From an uncultured Clostridia bacterium (lineage in GTDB: Bacteria; Bacillota; Clostridia; Christensenellales; UBA1242): a stretch of 64,000 nt of DNA. The notes below the pieces were generated by a model. It was not told where the DNA came from, searched no databases, and saw only the letters and a program-made list of their open reading frames with translations. A program made the translations under genes and the position numbers. Shown here piece by piece: positions 41,174 through 51,632 of this stretch (positions are counted from its first letter, which is position 1; each line of letters begins with the position of its first letter). The stretch is taken from positions 16,621 to 80,620 of the forward strand of contig CANBAL010000005.1 in NCBI GenBank assembly GCA_947366545.1, in the 5' to 3' direction.

Positions 41174-41548
41174 TTAGTGTCTAATTTCAGTAAGGCTAAC
41201 CCCGCGTTTCTTCCTCTCGATCTCAATGGTATTGGAAAGCAGGTCGCGTACTTCATAAGGGTGAGCAATATGTCTTAAGTGGAATACTGGAGTATCAGCA
41301 TCATCGGTCATAATTTCGATTGTTCCAGTACGGAAAATGAGGTCTATAAGTGAACGCTGCATAGAAATATCATTGCAACGGTATACATTTGTTTCGTGAA
41401 TGATTGCCGATAAAAACCCTTTATGTCTAAAAAGTTTTACCCATTCGCCTTCCTTTTTTACTAAGTAATATCTATAAAAAGACCATGGAAGACCAAAGTG
41501 TCTTTTTCTATCTTGCCAAATAACTTCGGCACCTTTCTCAAATTTCAT
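41174..41548 (-). CDS. Bacterial PH-domain (bPH_2-like) protein
   Basis: IWQDRKRHFGLPWSFYRY, DISMQRSLIDLIFRTGTI, DADTP. Confidence 0.8.
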   Translation of the reverse strand: MKFEKGAEVIWQDRKRHFGLPWSFYRYYLVKKEGEWVKLFRHKGFLSAIIHETNVYRCNDISMQRSLIDLIFRTGTIEIMTDDADTPVFHLRHIAHPYEVRDLLSNTIEIERKKRGVSLTEIRH

Positions 41549-41660
41549 ATTTGCCTCCTAAGGATTTTATAGGTATATTTTATATGATATTTTATGAAAA
41601 GTAAAGGGTTTTAATAAAAAAAGGACTAAAAAGTTAGTCCTTTTCCCGTTTTTTATTGTT

Positions 41661-41852
41661 TTAGCATCTGTTGCCGCAGGTTGTGCCACCGCATCCACAT
41701 AATAATAAGATAAGTATTAAAGTGCAAGTGTCGATGCCGCATCCGCCGTTATTACCGCCGCAAAGGCATTGTAATAAAAGTAAAAGTGTAATGATTGAGC
41801 AGCAATCGCATCCACAACCGCCATTGTTCATGCCGTTGTTAAAAAAGTTCAT
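41661..41852 (-). CDS. Small Cys/Gly-rich protein (spore-coat-like)
   Basis: SD AGGAGG; GGCGCDCC, LLLLLQCLCGG repeats; upstream ACA-16-AATAGTAT resembles a sigma-K promoter. Confidence 0.7.
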   Translation of the reverse strand: MNFFNNGMNNGGCGCDCCSIITLLLLLQCLCGGNNGGCGIDTCTLILILLLCGCGGTTCGNRC

Positions 41853-42152
41853 TAGTTCCTCCTAAAAATTCTTATGTATTTTTGAGAGAGCCTAAAAGGC
41901 TTTCACACTAACATACTATTTAATGTTTTTAAAATTTGTGCAAGATTATCTAAAATTTAAAAAAAATATTATTAGTTTTTTAGGAAAAGGAGCCTTCGAC
42001 AAAACAAGACAAAATCCTTTTGTATAATAACATTTGCCTTCCACAAAATATTTTTACTTCTAATGATAAAAATCTGTTGACATTACGGGCAAAATAGAGT
42101 AGAATAAAGACTATTACGAGACAAATTAAATTTGATATGAGAGGTTTATTTT

Positions 42153-45100
42153 ATGACTAACAATTCTAGTAAAAAATACAATATTCTTTTTAAGGGGATG
42201 ATGTTTGGTTTAGCATTTTTAATGTGCGTATCTTTTATGCCATTAAGTGCACTTGCATCACTCGCTGATGCGGTTTTGGACACCACATTTAATACGCTGC
42301 ATCAAATCACATTAAGTGCTGCACCTAACAATGAAGTAGTGAAGGGTGATAGTTATACTTTTGCTATTGGACATTACACTTATGGCGGAAAGACTTATAA
42401 GGTGGGCGATACTACAGTTACTGGACAAGCAACAGATGATAACTTCCAAAACTCAAATGTTACTGTAAATTACAAAGGTACTTCGGTATTTGAGAAAATT
42501 GATACAACAAAATATTCTTATAATGATACAGCAAAAACAGGCACCTATGGTACATTCACTCCTTCAAGAACAGGTACTTATGTTGTTTCTTACTCAGTGA
42601 CTGATAAAGGCGGAAATGTTTATTCTTATGACTATACAATAGAGTGCACAACTTCAAACGCACACTTTGCTTTTGATAACATTGAAGATACTGATGCATC
42701 CTTCCTCACATATGACCTTGCTCTACTTGCAGCAAAGGGGAATGGTTACACTGATATTACTCTTCCTCTTCCAAAAGTTTATGATGAGAATGATAAGGTA
42801 TTAAAAGATAGCAAAGGCAATGACATTAAATACTATCTTGAGGATAATGACGCTAGACCAGAGGGAGTACACGACTATATTCTTCTTTCAATCGCAGGTG
42901 GCTCTAAAGATGGCATTGAAATTACAAAAGATGGTGACAATTTTGTTGTTGACGGTGATTTAATTAAAAACACAACAGGCGTTGGTACCTACATTATTAC
43001 TTATACATTCTATCAAAATGATAAATATGTTGTTTCTACCGATAAACAATTTGAGGTGAAAGACGGATATTATAAAGATAAGAATGATAATGCAGGATAT
43101 ACCCTTGAAACATCTTGGAAAGATAGCATATTCTCTACTGCAGTTACTGGTGTTAGAACAAAGTTACCAGTAATTGAAGGACTTACTTCAAACAACGACA
43201 CTCCAAAGAGCGAAAAAGTACCAGTTACCTATGAAATCGTAATTGAGTATAAGGATAAAGACAACGGCAATAAACCTATTCCTGTTACTGCAGACACTTA
43301 TAGCGTAGAAGATGGCGTAAGATATTTCACACCAAATAAAGATGGTGACTATACAATTAAATATGTAGTTACAGACTTCTATGGCAATCATCCAAAGGAT
43401 GGTACAGTGCAATTCCCTGTAACGGGTGTAAAAGATCAACAACTCCCTTCAGTTTATGTTTACGATGCAAATCCTAAAAATGCAATGAATGGCGATGATT
43501 ATGTTGATGCTGAGCACAAAATGAAATCAAGAACACCATACAATGATTTCATTGTCTATGCTATTGGAGCAAAAGATAACGCAGCAGAACTTAAAGATAT
43601 AGAACTTAAAAGAATTATCAGAACTCCAGGTGGTACAACTATTGTTGAAACAACTGAATATGCTGATTACAACTTAATCTTCCAATTTACAAACTATAAC
43701 GATCTTATCACATACAACTATTCTCTTAAAGAGGATATGGCAAAAGACAATATTACAACTGCAAATTCAGATGAAGAAATTGCAAAGTGGCTTAAAGATA
43801 ACCATTATTTAATCGTTACCAACGAGGAAGATAAGAAGGGTACAGAGGGCTATGCATACATTAATTACTCACACAAATTCGAGGCTCAATCTGCATCTGC
43901 CACCTCATACAAAGTACTTTATGAAGCAAGAGATGCTTACGCAAAAGACGGCAATATAAGTATTGGAAATACAGTAGCACAAAAAGTTATTGAGATGAAT
44001 TTCACAGAACTTAATGTAAGAAATGAAATTGCACCAGTTGTTTCTGGTCCAAGAAATTTACAAAGTTCATATGTAGAAAAAGATGTAATCAAATTCTCAG
44101 AGCCTTCAATAACAAGCAATGATGCAAGCGGTTATAAGATTGATAAATCACTTCGCAGAAATTATGTATACCGTTACTTAGATGAAAGTGGAAACCCTAT
44201 TGAAGGAGAAGGGGAGACAATAGAATTTACCCCTGTACAAGGTGAAAATAGCAATATTTCTACCGCTGCAAGACCTACTTCAAATGGTTGGTATACTCTC
44301 ACTGCAGAAAACAAACAACTTACAATCACTCTTGATAATATTCCAGAAGGTGCAGGTAGTTTTGAGATTTGTCTTTACGCAGTAGACGACGATGGCAATA
44401 TCGGTTATTGGCTCAAGAGAATGACAATTGCAAACACCAATGATACAAGTGCTCCAACACTTAAAGCTGTTGACAGCACTCTTGATACTGTAAGCAATCA
44501 AGGTGATAGAATTACTCTGCCAACTATCTACTATTCAGATGATAGAGTTGAATTCATGACAGCAAGTGTCAATGTATACCACGTTAAGGACGGCGTAAAA
44601 ACTTGGGTGCCAAGTGAGGGTAAAAATGTATATCCAAACTCAGTAGCAGGCACATATATTGTGGACGCAGGCTCCTTTGTTGCAGAGCGTGCTGGACAAT
44701 ATCAAATTGTTGTAACTGCAATCGACTCAGCAAATCATAGTATCACAAATTTCTTTACCACAACTGTAAATGAAAAAACAAGGGTGGAGAAACCTTCTAT
44801 TGAAAATATTTCCGCATCCACAAAGACATTAAGAGTGGGTGAAAAGCCTGAATACCTTGCAACACCTGTTGTATCAGTTAAATCTAATGATACCTTTGGT
44901 TATATGGGACTTGATAAGAATGATAATTCAGTACAGGATGGCTACTATGCAGTTAAAGAAATAAGTGGTCAAGCGCCAAACAACTTCAATATATTCAACA
45001 ACTATAAAGAGTTTAGTGCAAGTTCACAAGGCATATATAAAGTTCGTTATTATGTATATTTAATACAATATAACAAAGCAAGTCTTAAAGAGAATACAAC

Positions 45101-46148
45101 AAGCCTTGCAAATGGCGATTTGTATATGAATGATGGCATTTTAATGCTTCATGCTTATAATAAAGATTACTATATTACGGTAGACCTTAAAGATGGCAAG
45201 CTTAAAGTTAACACTGCGAGAGATGGCTTTGGAACTGAATATACCGGCACTCTTACAAATGTTAAACTTCTTTCACTAGACCCAAGTGATGTACAAACCT
45301 TTGATGTTCAAGATACTGACAACCCAATCGTTAAGGTAGACCTCAGTACAATCAAGAGGGCATATAATAATCTTGATACAGTTATAACTCTTCCTGAAAT
45401 CGCAGCAGATATTAAAGGTAACAATGATATAGATCCAACCAAGGGTATAGACGAAGCTAAATCTTATCTTCAAATCTCTATTGAAAGACCATCTGGTGAA
45501 ACTCCTCTTGCAACCATTTATATGGACAAATGGGCAGATGAGAAAAATGAGTATTATGACAAAGATTCTGGAAATGTAAAATACACACTTTCTCAACATG
45601 GTACCTATACAATCAAGTATGTTGTATTTGACAAGAATGGCAAGAAGGGTGAACTTTCAAAGACGATTTACAATGGTGATACAGTAAAACCTACTATTGA
45701 TACCACAGAAGACTTCCTTAACAATAAGACAGATGCATACAAGAAAGGCGACAAACTTTCACTCAAGATCTCTGAGGAAACACTCAAACTTAAAGATGAG
45801 GGCGGCTCAACTTATGCAGAACTTCTTGAAACACTTGAGGTAACACTTACAAACACTACAACCAAGACCGAGATTAAGAATAATGGTGATGCGGCTGCTC
45901 ACACTTATGAATATGATCTTTCAACAGCAGGCACATATGAACTTAAACTTAAAGTAAAGGATCAAGCAGGTTGGCCAGCAGAAAAGACGATAACCTTTAC
46001 CATTGGCGGTACCGATACAACTCCAACAGTATCATACCAAACAATCGGAACAATTCTTATCGTAGTTTCAGCAGTAATACTTGCAGGTGTCGTAGTATAC
46101 TTCGTAGTATCTAAAGTAAAGAACGATAAGAAAGAGAAAAGAAAATAA
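42153..46148 (+). CDS. Large secreted surface protein with tandem Ig-like domains and a C-terminal TM anchor
   Basis: Signal peptide; recurrent GxYxIxYxxxD and DTxxP motifs; C-terminal TM plus basic tail; promoter TTGACA-17-TAGAAT. Confidence 0.85.
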   Translation: MTNNSSKKYNILFKGMMFGLAFLMCVSFMPLSALASLADAVLDTTFNTLHQITLSAAPNNEVVKGDSYTFAIGHYTYGGKTYKVGDTTVTGQATDDNFQNSNVTVNYKGTSVFEKIDTTKYSYNDTAKTGTYGTFTPSRTGTYVVSYSVTDKGGNVYSYDYTIECTTSNAHFAFDNIEDTDASFLTYDLALLAAKGNGYTDITLPLPKVYDENDKVLKDSKGNDIKYYLEDNDARPEGVHDYILLSIAGGSKDGIEITKDGDNFVVDGDLIKNTTGVGTYIITYTFYQNDKYVVSTDKQFEVKDGYYKDKNDNAGYTLETSWKDSIFSTAVTGVRTKLPVIEGLTSNNDTPKSEKVPVTYEIVIEYKDKDNGNKPIPVTADTYSVEDGVRYFTPNKDGDYTIKYVVTDFYGNHPKDGTVQFPVTGVKDQQLPSVYVYDANPKNAMNGDDYVDAEHKMKSRTPYNDFIVYAIGAKDNAAELKDIELKRIIRTPGGTTIVETTEYADYNLIFQFTNYNDLITYNYSLKEDMAKDNITTANSDEEIAKWLKDNHYLIVTNEEDKKGTEGYAYINYSHKFEAQSASATSYKVLYEARDAYAKDGNISIGNTVAQKVIEMNFTELNVRNEIAPVVSGPRNLQSSYVEKDVIKFSEPSITSNDASGYKIDKSLRRNYVYRYLDESGNPIEGEGETIEFTPVQGENSNISTAARPTSNGWYTLTAENKQLTITLDNIPEGAGSFEICLYAVDDDGNIGYWLKRMTIANTNDTSAPTLKAVDSTLDTVSNQGDRITLPTIYYSDDRVEFMTASVNVYHVKDGVKTWVPSEGKNVYPNSVAGTYIVDAGSFVAERAGQYQIVVTAIDSANHSITNFFTTTVNEKTRVEKPSIENISASTKTLRVGEKPEYLATPVVSVKSNDTFGYMGLDKNDNSVQDGYYAVKEISGQAPNNFNIFNNYKEFSASSQGIYKVRYYVYLIQYNKASLKENTTSLANGDLYMNDGILMLHAYNKDYYITVDLKDGKLKVNTARDGFGTEYTGTLTNVKLLSLDPSDVQTFDVQDTDNPIVKVDLSTIKRAYNNLDTVITLPEIAADIKGNNDIDPTKGIDEAKSYLQISIERPSGETPLATIYMDKWADEKNEYYDKDSGNVKYTLSQHGTYTIKYVVFDKNGKKGELSKTIYNGDTVKPTIDTTEDFLNNKTDAYKKGDKLSLKISEETLKLKDEGGSTYAELLETLEVTLTNTTTKTEIKNNGDAAAHTYEYDLSTAGTYELKLKVKDQAGWPAEKTITFTIGGTDTTPTVSYQTIGTILIVVSAVILAGVVVYFVVSKVKNDKKEKRK

Positions 46149-46149
46149 T

Positions 46150-46181
46150 TAAAAAGGACTTTCCTAGTGAAAGTCTTTTTT
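46150..46181 (+). terminator. Intrinsic terminator
   Basis: AAAAAGGACTTTC-CTAGT-GAAAGTCTTTTT. Confidence 0.8.
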
Positions 46182-46247
46182 ATAATAAATTCTATTAAGA
46201 TAAGCGATTTTACTTGACAAAACGCTCGCCTTATGGTATTATAACCC

Positions 46248-46315
46248 AGTATCCGCTTGTAAGGGGTTTTTAAGTCTGAGTTTCAGCACCCGCGAGGCAG
46301 CGAGTTTGGTTAGAG
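46248..46315 (+). promoter_or_regulatory. Probable L21 leader (5' UTR of rplU)
   Basis: GC-rich UTR between the promoter (TTGACA...TATTAT) and rplU, containing GCACC..CGAGG. Confidence 0.5.
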
Positions 46316-46327
46316 GAGGTAAAAAAT

Positions 46328-46636
46328 ATGTTTGCTATAGTACAAACTGGTGGAAAGCAATACAAAGTTAGTGAAAACGATGTAATAAGCGTTGAAAAAC
46401 TTGATCATGCAGTTGGCGATAAGATTGAACTTGAGTGTTTACTTATCAGCGATAATGGACAAGTTGTTGCTGGAAATCCTGTAGTAAAAGGCGCTTTAGT
46501 TCAGGCAGAAGTTCTTTCACATGGCAAAGGCGATAAAATCGTTGTGTTCAAATATAAGCCAAAGAAAAATGAAAGAAAGAAACAAGGCCATAGACAACCT
46601 TTTACACAATTAAAGATTTTGTCTATAAAGAAGTAA
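46328..46636 (+). CDS. rplU: 50S ribosomal protein L21
   Basis: [24 protein letters not shown]. Confidence 0.98.
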   Translation: MFAIVQTGGKQYKVSENDVISVEKLDHAVGDKIELECLLISDNGQVVAGNPVVKGALVQAEVLSHGKGDKIVVFKYKPKKNERKKQGHRQPFTQLKILSIKK

Positions 46637-46640
46637 GATC

Positions 46641-46964
46641 ATGACGAAGATTACTTTTTATAAAGAAAAAAATGTATTTCTTGGATTTGAAGTTGTAGGG
46701 CATACTGGTAAAGATGAATTTGGCAAAGACTTATTATGTTGTCAGTTGTCTACCGTGGCACAACTTGCCGTAGTTGGCGTAAAAGAGTGTGCACGCATTA
46801 AGGCATTTATAGAGATTAGCGATGGATATTTGGTTATAAAAACCAACTATCAAGATGCACAAGAAGAGAAGATAAAATTCTTGTTTGACACTTGTTATAA
46901 ATCCTTTCAATCAATAATTCAAGATGAAAAACGATATGCGAAATTGGAGGTAAAAAATGTTTAA
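46641..46964 (+). CDS. prp: Ribosomal-processing cysteine protease Prp (YsxB)
   Basis: [14 protein letters not shown]; between rplU and rpmA. Confidence 0.9.
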   Translation: MTKITFYKEKNVFLGFEVVGHTGKDEFGKDLLCCQLSTVAQLAVVGVKECARIKAFIEISDGYLVIKTNYQDAQEEKIKFLFDTCYKSFQSIIQDEKRYAKLEVKNV

Positions 46965-47232
46965 GTTTAATGCTCAACTTTTTGCTCACCACAAGGGTGG
47001 CGGTAGTACTAAAAACGGCCGTGACTCACAAGGACAACGCTTAGGTGTAAAGGCGTATGCAGGGGAGAAAGTAACTGCCGGCTCAATAATAATAAGACAG
47101 CATGGAACAAAGGTATATCCAGGCGAGAATGTTGGAATGGGTAAGGATTACTCACTCTTTGCACTTTGTGATGGCACAGTAAAGTTTGATACAAAGAATG
47201 CTAAAAAAGTTGTAAATGTAGTAGTAGAATAA
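46957..47232 (+). CDS. rpmA: 50S ribosomal protein L27 with Prp-cleaved N-terminal extension
   Basis: [24 protein letters not shown]. Confidence 0.98.
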   Translation: MFKFNAQLFAHHKGGGSTKNGRDSQGQRLGVKAYAGEKVTAGSIIIRQHGTKVYPGENVGMGKDYSLFALCDGTVKFDTKNAKKVVNVVVE

Positions 47233-47295
47233 ATTTAGCGCAACACTTAGTTGTGCTTTTTTTATTATATGTGGTATACTTGATTAGAGGCAGTC

Positions 47296-48108
47296 ATGAA
47301 GTTTATACAACATAAAGAAAAAATTGAGATAATCGGCAAAGATGATTTTAATCCTGTTCATATACTCGAATGTGGGCAAGTTTTTTCCTATTCAAAAGAG
47401 GGTGACAAGTATAAGGTCTTTCCACTCGATAAATATGCTGAGATTGTGACTACTGAAAAAGGTTACGATATTCTCACAAAAGATGTTGACTTTTTTGTTC
47501 ATTATTTTGACCTTAACACCGATTATAGTTATATCAAAAATCGCTTATCAAAATTTTCAATACTAAGAAAGCCACTTGAGTTTGGCTATGGCATAAGAAT
47601 ACTCAAGCAAGATCTGTTTGAAATGCTGATTTCCTTTTTGATTTCAGCAAATAACAATATAAAAAGGATACAAGTGATATTAAATAGAATGCGAGAAAAA
47701 CTCAGCGGGGGTGCTTTTCCTAGTTACGAAACCTTAAAAGCGCAGCCGCTTGAATTTTTTACAAGCATAGGCGCAGGCTACCGTGATAAATATTTGTTCA
47801 ATGTGTTAAGACAGGTTAATCCACAAGATTTGGAGAACTGGCAAAAACTTGACACTGTTACCCTGCGTAAAAACTTGCTTTCGCTATATGGCGTGGGACC
47901 AAAGGTGGCAGATTGCATTTTGCTTTTTGGGTATGGTAGAGGGGATGTTTTTCCTGTCGACACATGGATACGAAAAATGTACAATACATATTATCCAAAA
48001 CTCGAAAATCGTAATCAAATAAGGGATAATCTTGTCTCCGAGTTTGGCGGTCTTGCGGGTTATGCGCAACAATATCTATTTTATTATCAAAGAAGTGGGC
48101 AAAAATAG
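47296..48108 (+). CDS. 8-oxoguanine DNA glycosylase (Ogg family)
   Basis: LECGQVF, GIRILKQD, SANNNIKRI, GVGPKVADCILLFG, FPVDTW, AGYAQQYLF. Confidence 0.92.
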   Translation: MKFIQHKEKIEIIGKDDFNPVHILECGQVFSYSKEGDKYKVFPLDKYAEIVTTEKGYDILTKDVDFFVHYFDLNTDYSYIKNRLSKFSILRKPLEFGYGIRILKQDLFEMLISFLISANNNIKRIQVILNRMREKLSGGAFPSYETLKAQPLEFFTSIGAGYRDKYLFNVLRQVNPQDLENWQKLDTVTLRKNLLSLYGVGPKVADCILLFGYGRGDVFPVDTWIRKMYNTYYPKLENRNQIRDNLVSEFGGLAGYAQQYLFYYQRSGQK

Positions 48109-48159
48109 GGTATTTACAACTGGCTTTTAGTGTGCTATAATAGGGTCAGAGGTGAAGAA

Positions 48160-49152
48160 ATGATTTCATTATTAAACGCTTTTACGGCTGGTTATATTGC
48201 ATTAACGGTCATTTTAGGTGTATTACTGCTTTCAGTAATTGCTCTTTTCATTATTGTGCCTATGAAGACATGGTTTACCGCACTTTTTTCTAAATCACAC
48301 GTTTCCATGGCAAAACTTACAAGTCTTCGTTGGAGAAAGGTGAATACTAAGGAACTTCTTGAAAATTATATCATGTCAAGGAATGCAAAACTTAATCTTC
48401 CTTTTACTGAGATTGAGGCCTTTTACCTTACAGGCAATAATATCAAACGCACCCTTTCGGCTTTTAGTTTCGCAAAGTCTGCCAAACTAGATGTAAACTT
48501 TGATATGATAAAATCCCTTGAATTTGCTGGTCAAGATTCCATGGAAGTGTTAAATAGTTATGTTAATCCAAAGATGGTTGAAATCGACGGGATTAAAGCA
48601 ATAGCACAAGATAGTATTGAGCTTATTGTCAAAGTAAAGGCTGGAATCAAGGTGAATTTAAACAACTTTCTCACTGGTCTTGGACAGGAATCTTTGGAGG
48701 CAAGAATACAGAAATTAATTATACAAAATATCGCATTAAGTGCAAGCCATAAAGCAGTACTTGCTTCGCCAGATAAACTGCTTGTGGGGCTTAATAGTGA
48801 GATTGATGAAGGTAATATGTATAGCCTTGTTTCGCTTGAAATAATGAGTGTAGATGTTGGAAGAGATGTGGGTGCTGAAATGGTGGCAAAGAGTGCACAA
48901 AAAGATATTGCTCTTGCACAAGTAGAGGCTGAAAGAAAAAAGAATGACGCACTGCTTGCCGAGCAACAAGCCAAGATAGAGGTTCAGGAGATGAAAACGA
49001 ATGTGCTTTCTGCCGAGGCAGAGATACCAAAGGCACTTGCTCAGGCGATACAAGAAGGCAGATTCTCAATTATGGATTACTACAAACTTATGAATCTTCA
49101 AGCCGATACTGCTATGAGAAGGTCAGTATCAGGTCAGGATACTGGAGAGTAA
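48160..49152 (+). CDS. floA: Flotillin-like protein FloA (YqfA)
   Basis: VNPKMVE, AEAEIPKALAQA, IMDYYKLMNLQADTAMR. Confidence 0.9.
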   Translation: MISLLNAFTAGYIALTVILGVLLLSVIALFIIVPMKTWFTALFSKSHVSMAKLTSLRWRKVNTKELLENYIMSRNAKLNLPFTEIEAFYLTGNNIKRTLSAFSFAKSAKLDVNFDMIKSLEFAGQDSMEVLNSYVNPKMVEIDGIKAIAQDSIELIVKVKAGIKVNLNNFLTGLGQESLEARIQKLIIQNIALSASHKAVLASPDKLLVGLNSEIDEGNMYSLVSLEIMSVDVGRDVGAEMVAKSAQKDIALAQVEAERKKNDALLAEQQAKIEVQEMKTNVLSAEAEIPKALAQAIQEGRFSIMDYYKLMNLQADTAMRRSVSGQDTGE

Positions 49153-49153
49153 T

Positions 49154-49681
49154 ATGCAGTGGTGGATATATTTATTGATTGCCCTAGGTGTAGCCGCAGT
49201 TTTAGTAATACTTTTGGTTTGTATTAGGGCAAACAATTCAAAGAAGGTAAAATTTAAAATTCCAAAGGTGGAACAGAGTGAGGAGAAGAAACCCGAGCCA
49301 GTCCATGAAGAGCCGAAGGCTGAAGAATTTCCTAATCTAATTTTTGATGAGTTTGGTGATAAAGAGGAAAAACTAAGTTTTAAAACTGAAGATCCAACAG
49401 AAGAAGAGTATGATCCGTTCGAGTTTGATGATGTGCTTAATGAGGAAGATGAGAGAAGATATAGAGAGTTTATGAGTAGGCATGAGCCTAAGGAAAGAAA
49501 GACTCTTTCCGAAGATGAGGAATTTGCCAAATTCCGAAACGAGCATTGCTACAGTAAATACCTTGCCGACCCCGTACTTCTTGACAGATTAACTAATGTA
49601 CCACCTGAGATGAGACCAATCATACTCGCTGATTTGTTTAAAAGCATAAATCTTGATGATATAGATTCAAAATCAATATAA
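49154..49681 (+). CDS. Hypothetical single-pass acidic membrane protein (yqfB position)
   Basis: N-terminal TM, acidic body; directly after floA. Confidence 0.7.
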   Translation: MQWWIYLLIALGVAAVLVILLVCIRANNSKKVKFKIPKVEQSEEKKPEPVHEEPKAEEFPNLIFDEFGDKEEKLSFKTEDPTEEEYDPFEFDDVLNEEDERRYREFMSRHEPKERKTLSEDEEFAKFRNEHCYSKYLADPVLLDRLTNVPPEMRPIILADLFKSINLDDIDSKSI

Positions 49682-49714
49682 AAGCCGCGATAAGCGGCTT
49701 TTATTTATCTTATT

Positions 49715-49742
49715 AATAAAAATCGTTTTCGCCGCATAAATT
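49715..49742 (+). promoter_or_regulatory. Sigma-E-type sporulation promoter
   Basis: AATA-16 bp-CATAAATT upstream of yqfC-yqfD, which are sigma-E genes in B. subtilis. Confidence 0.6.
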
Positions 49743-49762
49743 TAGATATAAGGGAGAAAAAG

Positions 49763-50026
49763 GTGTTCAACTTTTTTGAGGAAATAAAAAAGGGTATAGG
49801 GTCAATAGATCCTAATCTTATAAATAGTTATAACCTAATAAATATATCAGGTAAGATACTTTATGTTGAAGGGCATACTGGACTTACCATGCTTTCCAAA
49901 GAGATGATAACCTTTAAAGTCAAAAAGGGACGCGTGATTGTAGAAGGCAAGGATCTTAAAATGCAGGAACTTACTGAAAATACCATGAAAATTGTTGGTC
50001 AAATCTCCAAGGTGGAGGTGGTTTAG
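49763..50026 (+). CDS. yqfC: YabP/YqfC-family sporulation protein
   Basis: LYVEGHTGL, VIVEGKDL, IVGQISKVE; upstream of yqfD. Confidence 0.85.
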   Translation: MFNFFEEIKKGIGSIDPNLINSYNLINISGKILYVEGHTGLTMLSKEMITFKVKKGRVIVEGKDLKMQELTENTMKIVGQISKVEVV

Positions 50027-51156
50027 TGAAGAGGATGGAAAGTAAGGTAAGATATGAGATTAAAGGGTTAAATCAAGAGCGGGCTTTTAATCAGCTTATA
50101 AAGGAAGTCACAATATTATCCTTAGAGAGAAAGGACAAGCATATTTCGGTGATTGAAGTTTCGCCTCGGGACGCCAAAAAGACAAGAAAATTTTTAAGGA
50201 ATAATAACTTTGAAATTTTAAGTGAAAAAAGTCAGGGAGCATATTCATGGTGGAAAGTGTTTTTGTCCTCTTATGGTATAATTGTGGCACTTGTGCTATC
50301 GGTAGCGTTCTATATTGCACAAATGAATGTAATTTGGCAGATAAAAGTGTTTGGTAATGATAAACTTGCAACAAGCGAAATTACCTCTTTTATTGAGGAG
50401 AACTTAGACAGCCGATTTATTTCAAATTTTAATACAAAACAAATGGAAATTTTACTTAAAGATAATTTTGATAGGATTAGTTCGGTAAGCGTGGCAATTA
50501 TCGGGCAAAGTGTGGTGGTAAATATTCATGAGAGTTTACTCCCTGATGAGATGACCACCGTTTATGATCCGCTTGTCAGCGAGTATGATTGTTTGATTAC
50601 AAGTATAGAGCTTATTCAAGGCACACTAGCCGTTAAAGAGGGACAGGTAATTCGCAAAGGGCAAATCCTTGTCCAGCCTTTTATAATAGACTCGCAGGGG
50701 CAGAGACGGGATGTAAAACCTATGGCGAAGATAGAGGCGGATGTTTGGATTAGCGGGCAAAGTGAACATAGAGAAAGTTATTATAAACGTTATCGCACGG
50801 GCGTGAAGGTAGAGGAAAGTGAGATATCTCTTTTTGGGCTTGTCATCTATTCTCATAAGGTAAGCATGCAATTCAGTGAATATGATTTAGAAGAAAAAAC
50901 TGAGAATTTAAATAAAAATATACTGCTGCCATTTAAATTAAATAAAAAAATTTACTATGAGACTAAAACGGAACTTATAGAAAAAGGGTTTGATGAGGTC
51001 AAAGAAGAAAAAATTTCAGAGGCAAAACAAAAAGCCTTGCTTTCTACAGAAGAATGTGAGATAATAAAGGCGGAAAATGTCACGATAAAAAGTGGAGCAG
51101 GTGTGCATATTATCACCTATACTCTTACTGTAAGTCGTGAAATTGGAGGCGTATGA
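50026..51156 (+). CDS. yqfD: Sporulation protein YqfD
   Basis: IKGLNQER, IWQIKVFGN, GTLAVKEGQVIRKGQILV. Confidence 0.88.
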   Translation: MKRMESKVRYEIKGLNQERAFNQLIKEVTILSLERKDKHISVIEVSPRDAKKTRKFLRNNNFEILSEKSQGAYSWWKVFLSSYGIIVALVLSVAFYIAQMNVIWQIKVFGNDKLATSEITSFIEENLDSRFISNFNTKQMEILLKDNFDRISSVSVAIIGQSVVVNIHESLLPDEMTTVYDPLVSEYDCLITSIELIQGTLAVKEGQVIRKGQILVQPFIIDSQGQRRDVKPMAKIEADVWISGQSEHRESYYKRYRTGVKVEESEISLFGLVIYSHKVSMQFSEYDLEEKTENLNKNILLPFKLNKKIYYETKTELIEKGFDEVKEEKISEAKQKALLSTEECEIIKAENVTIKSGAGVHIITYTLTVSREIGGV

Positions 51157-51632
51157 AAATTTATTTTAATAATGTTCCAATCCTACTTATGAGGAACTTT
51201 AAGAAACTTGCAGATGTGGCATTAGAACTGACTGGAAATAAAGCGGAAGATATCGCTTTAGGTCTTACCTTCATAAGTCCTGAGGGCATACAAAAACTCA
51301 ATAAAGAGCAAAGAGGAGTGGACAAAGTCACGGATGTACTTTCCTTTCCGCTGTTAGATATTCATGAGGGGGAGAAACTGTCACAATTTGAGGGCGAGCG
51401 TCTACCAAATCATATCCTTCCTCTTGGGGATATAGTAATTTGTAAAGATAAGGCAAAGGCCCAAGCAAAGGAGTATGGGCATAGCTTGAAAAGGGAGGTA
51501 TCTTTTCTCTTTGTGCATGGTCTGTTGCATTTACTAGGGTATGACCATATGGAAAAAGAGGAAGAAAGTAGGATGATGAGCCTTACTGAAAATATACTTT
51601 TAAATCTAGGCTTAGGAAGAAAAGATGGTTAA
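51153..51632 (+). CDS. ybeY: rRNA maturation RNase YbeY
   Basis: DKVTDVLSFP, LGDIVIC, VHGLLHLLGYDH. Confidence 0.96.
   Translation: MKIYFNNVPILLMRNFKKLADVALELTGNKAEDIALGLTFISPEGIQKLNKEQRGVDKVTDVLSFPLLDIHEGEKLSQFEGERLPNHILPLGDIVICKDKAKAQAKEYGHSLKREVSFLFVHGLLHLLGYDHMEKEEESRMMSLTENILLNLGLGRKDG

Noticed and set aside
46957-46985. N-terminal extension on L27 as a novelty
   Set aside because: Established Firmicutes feature, cleaved by the adjacent Prp protease
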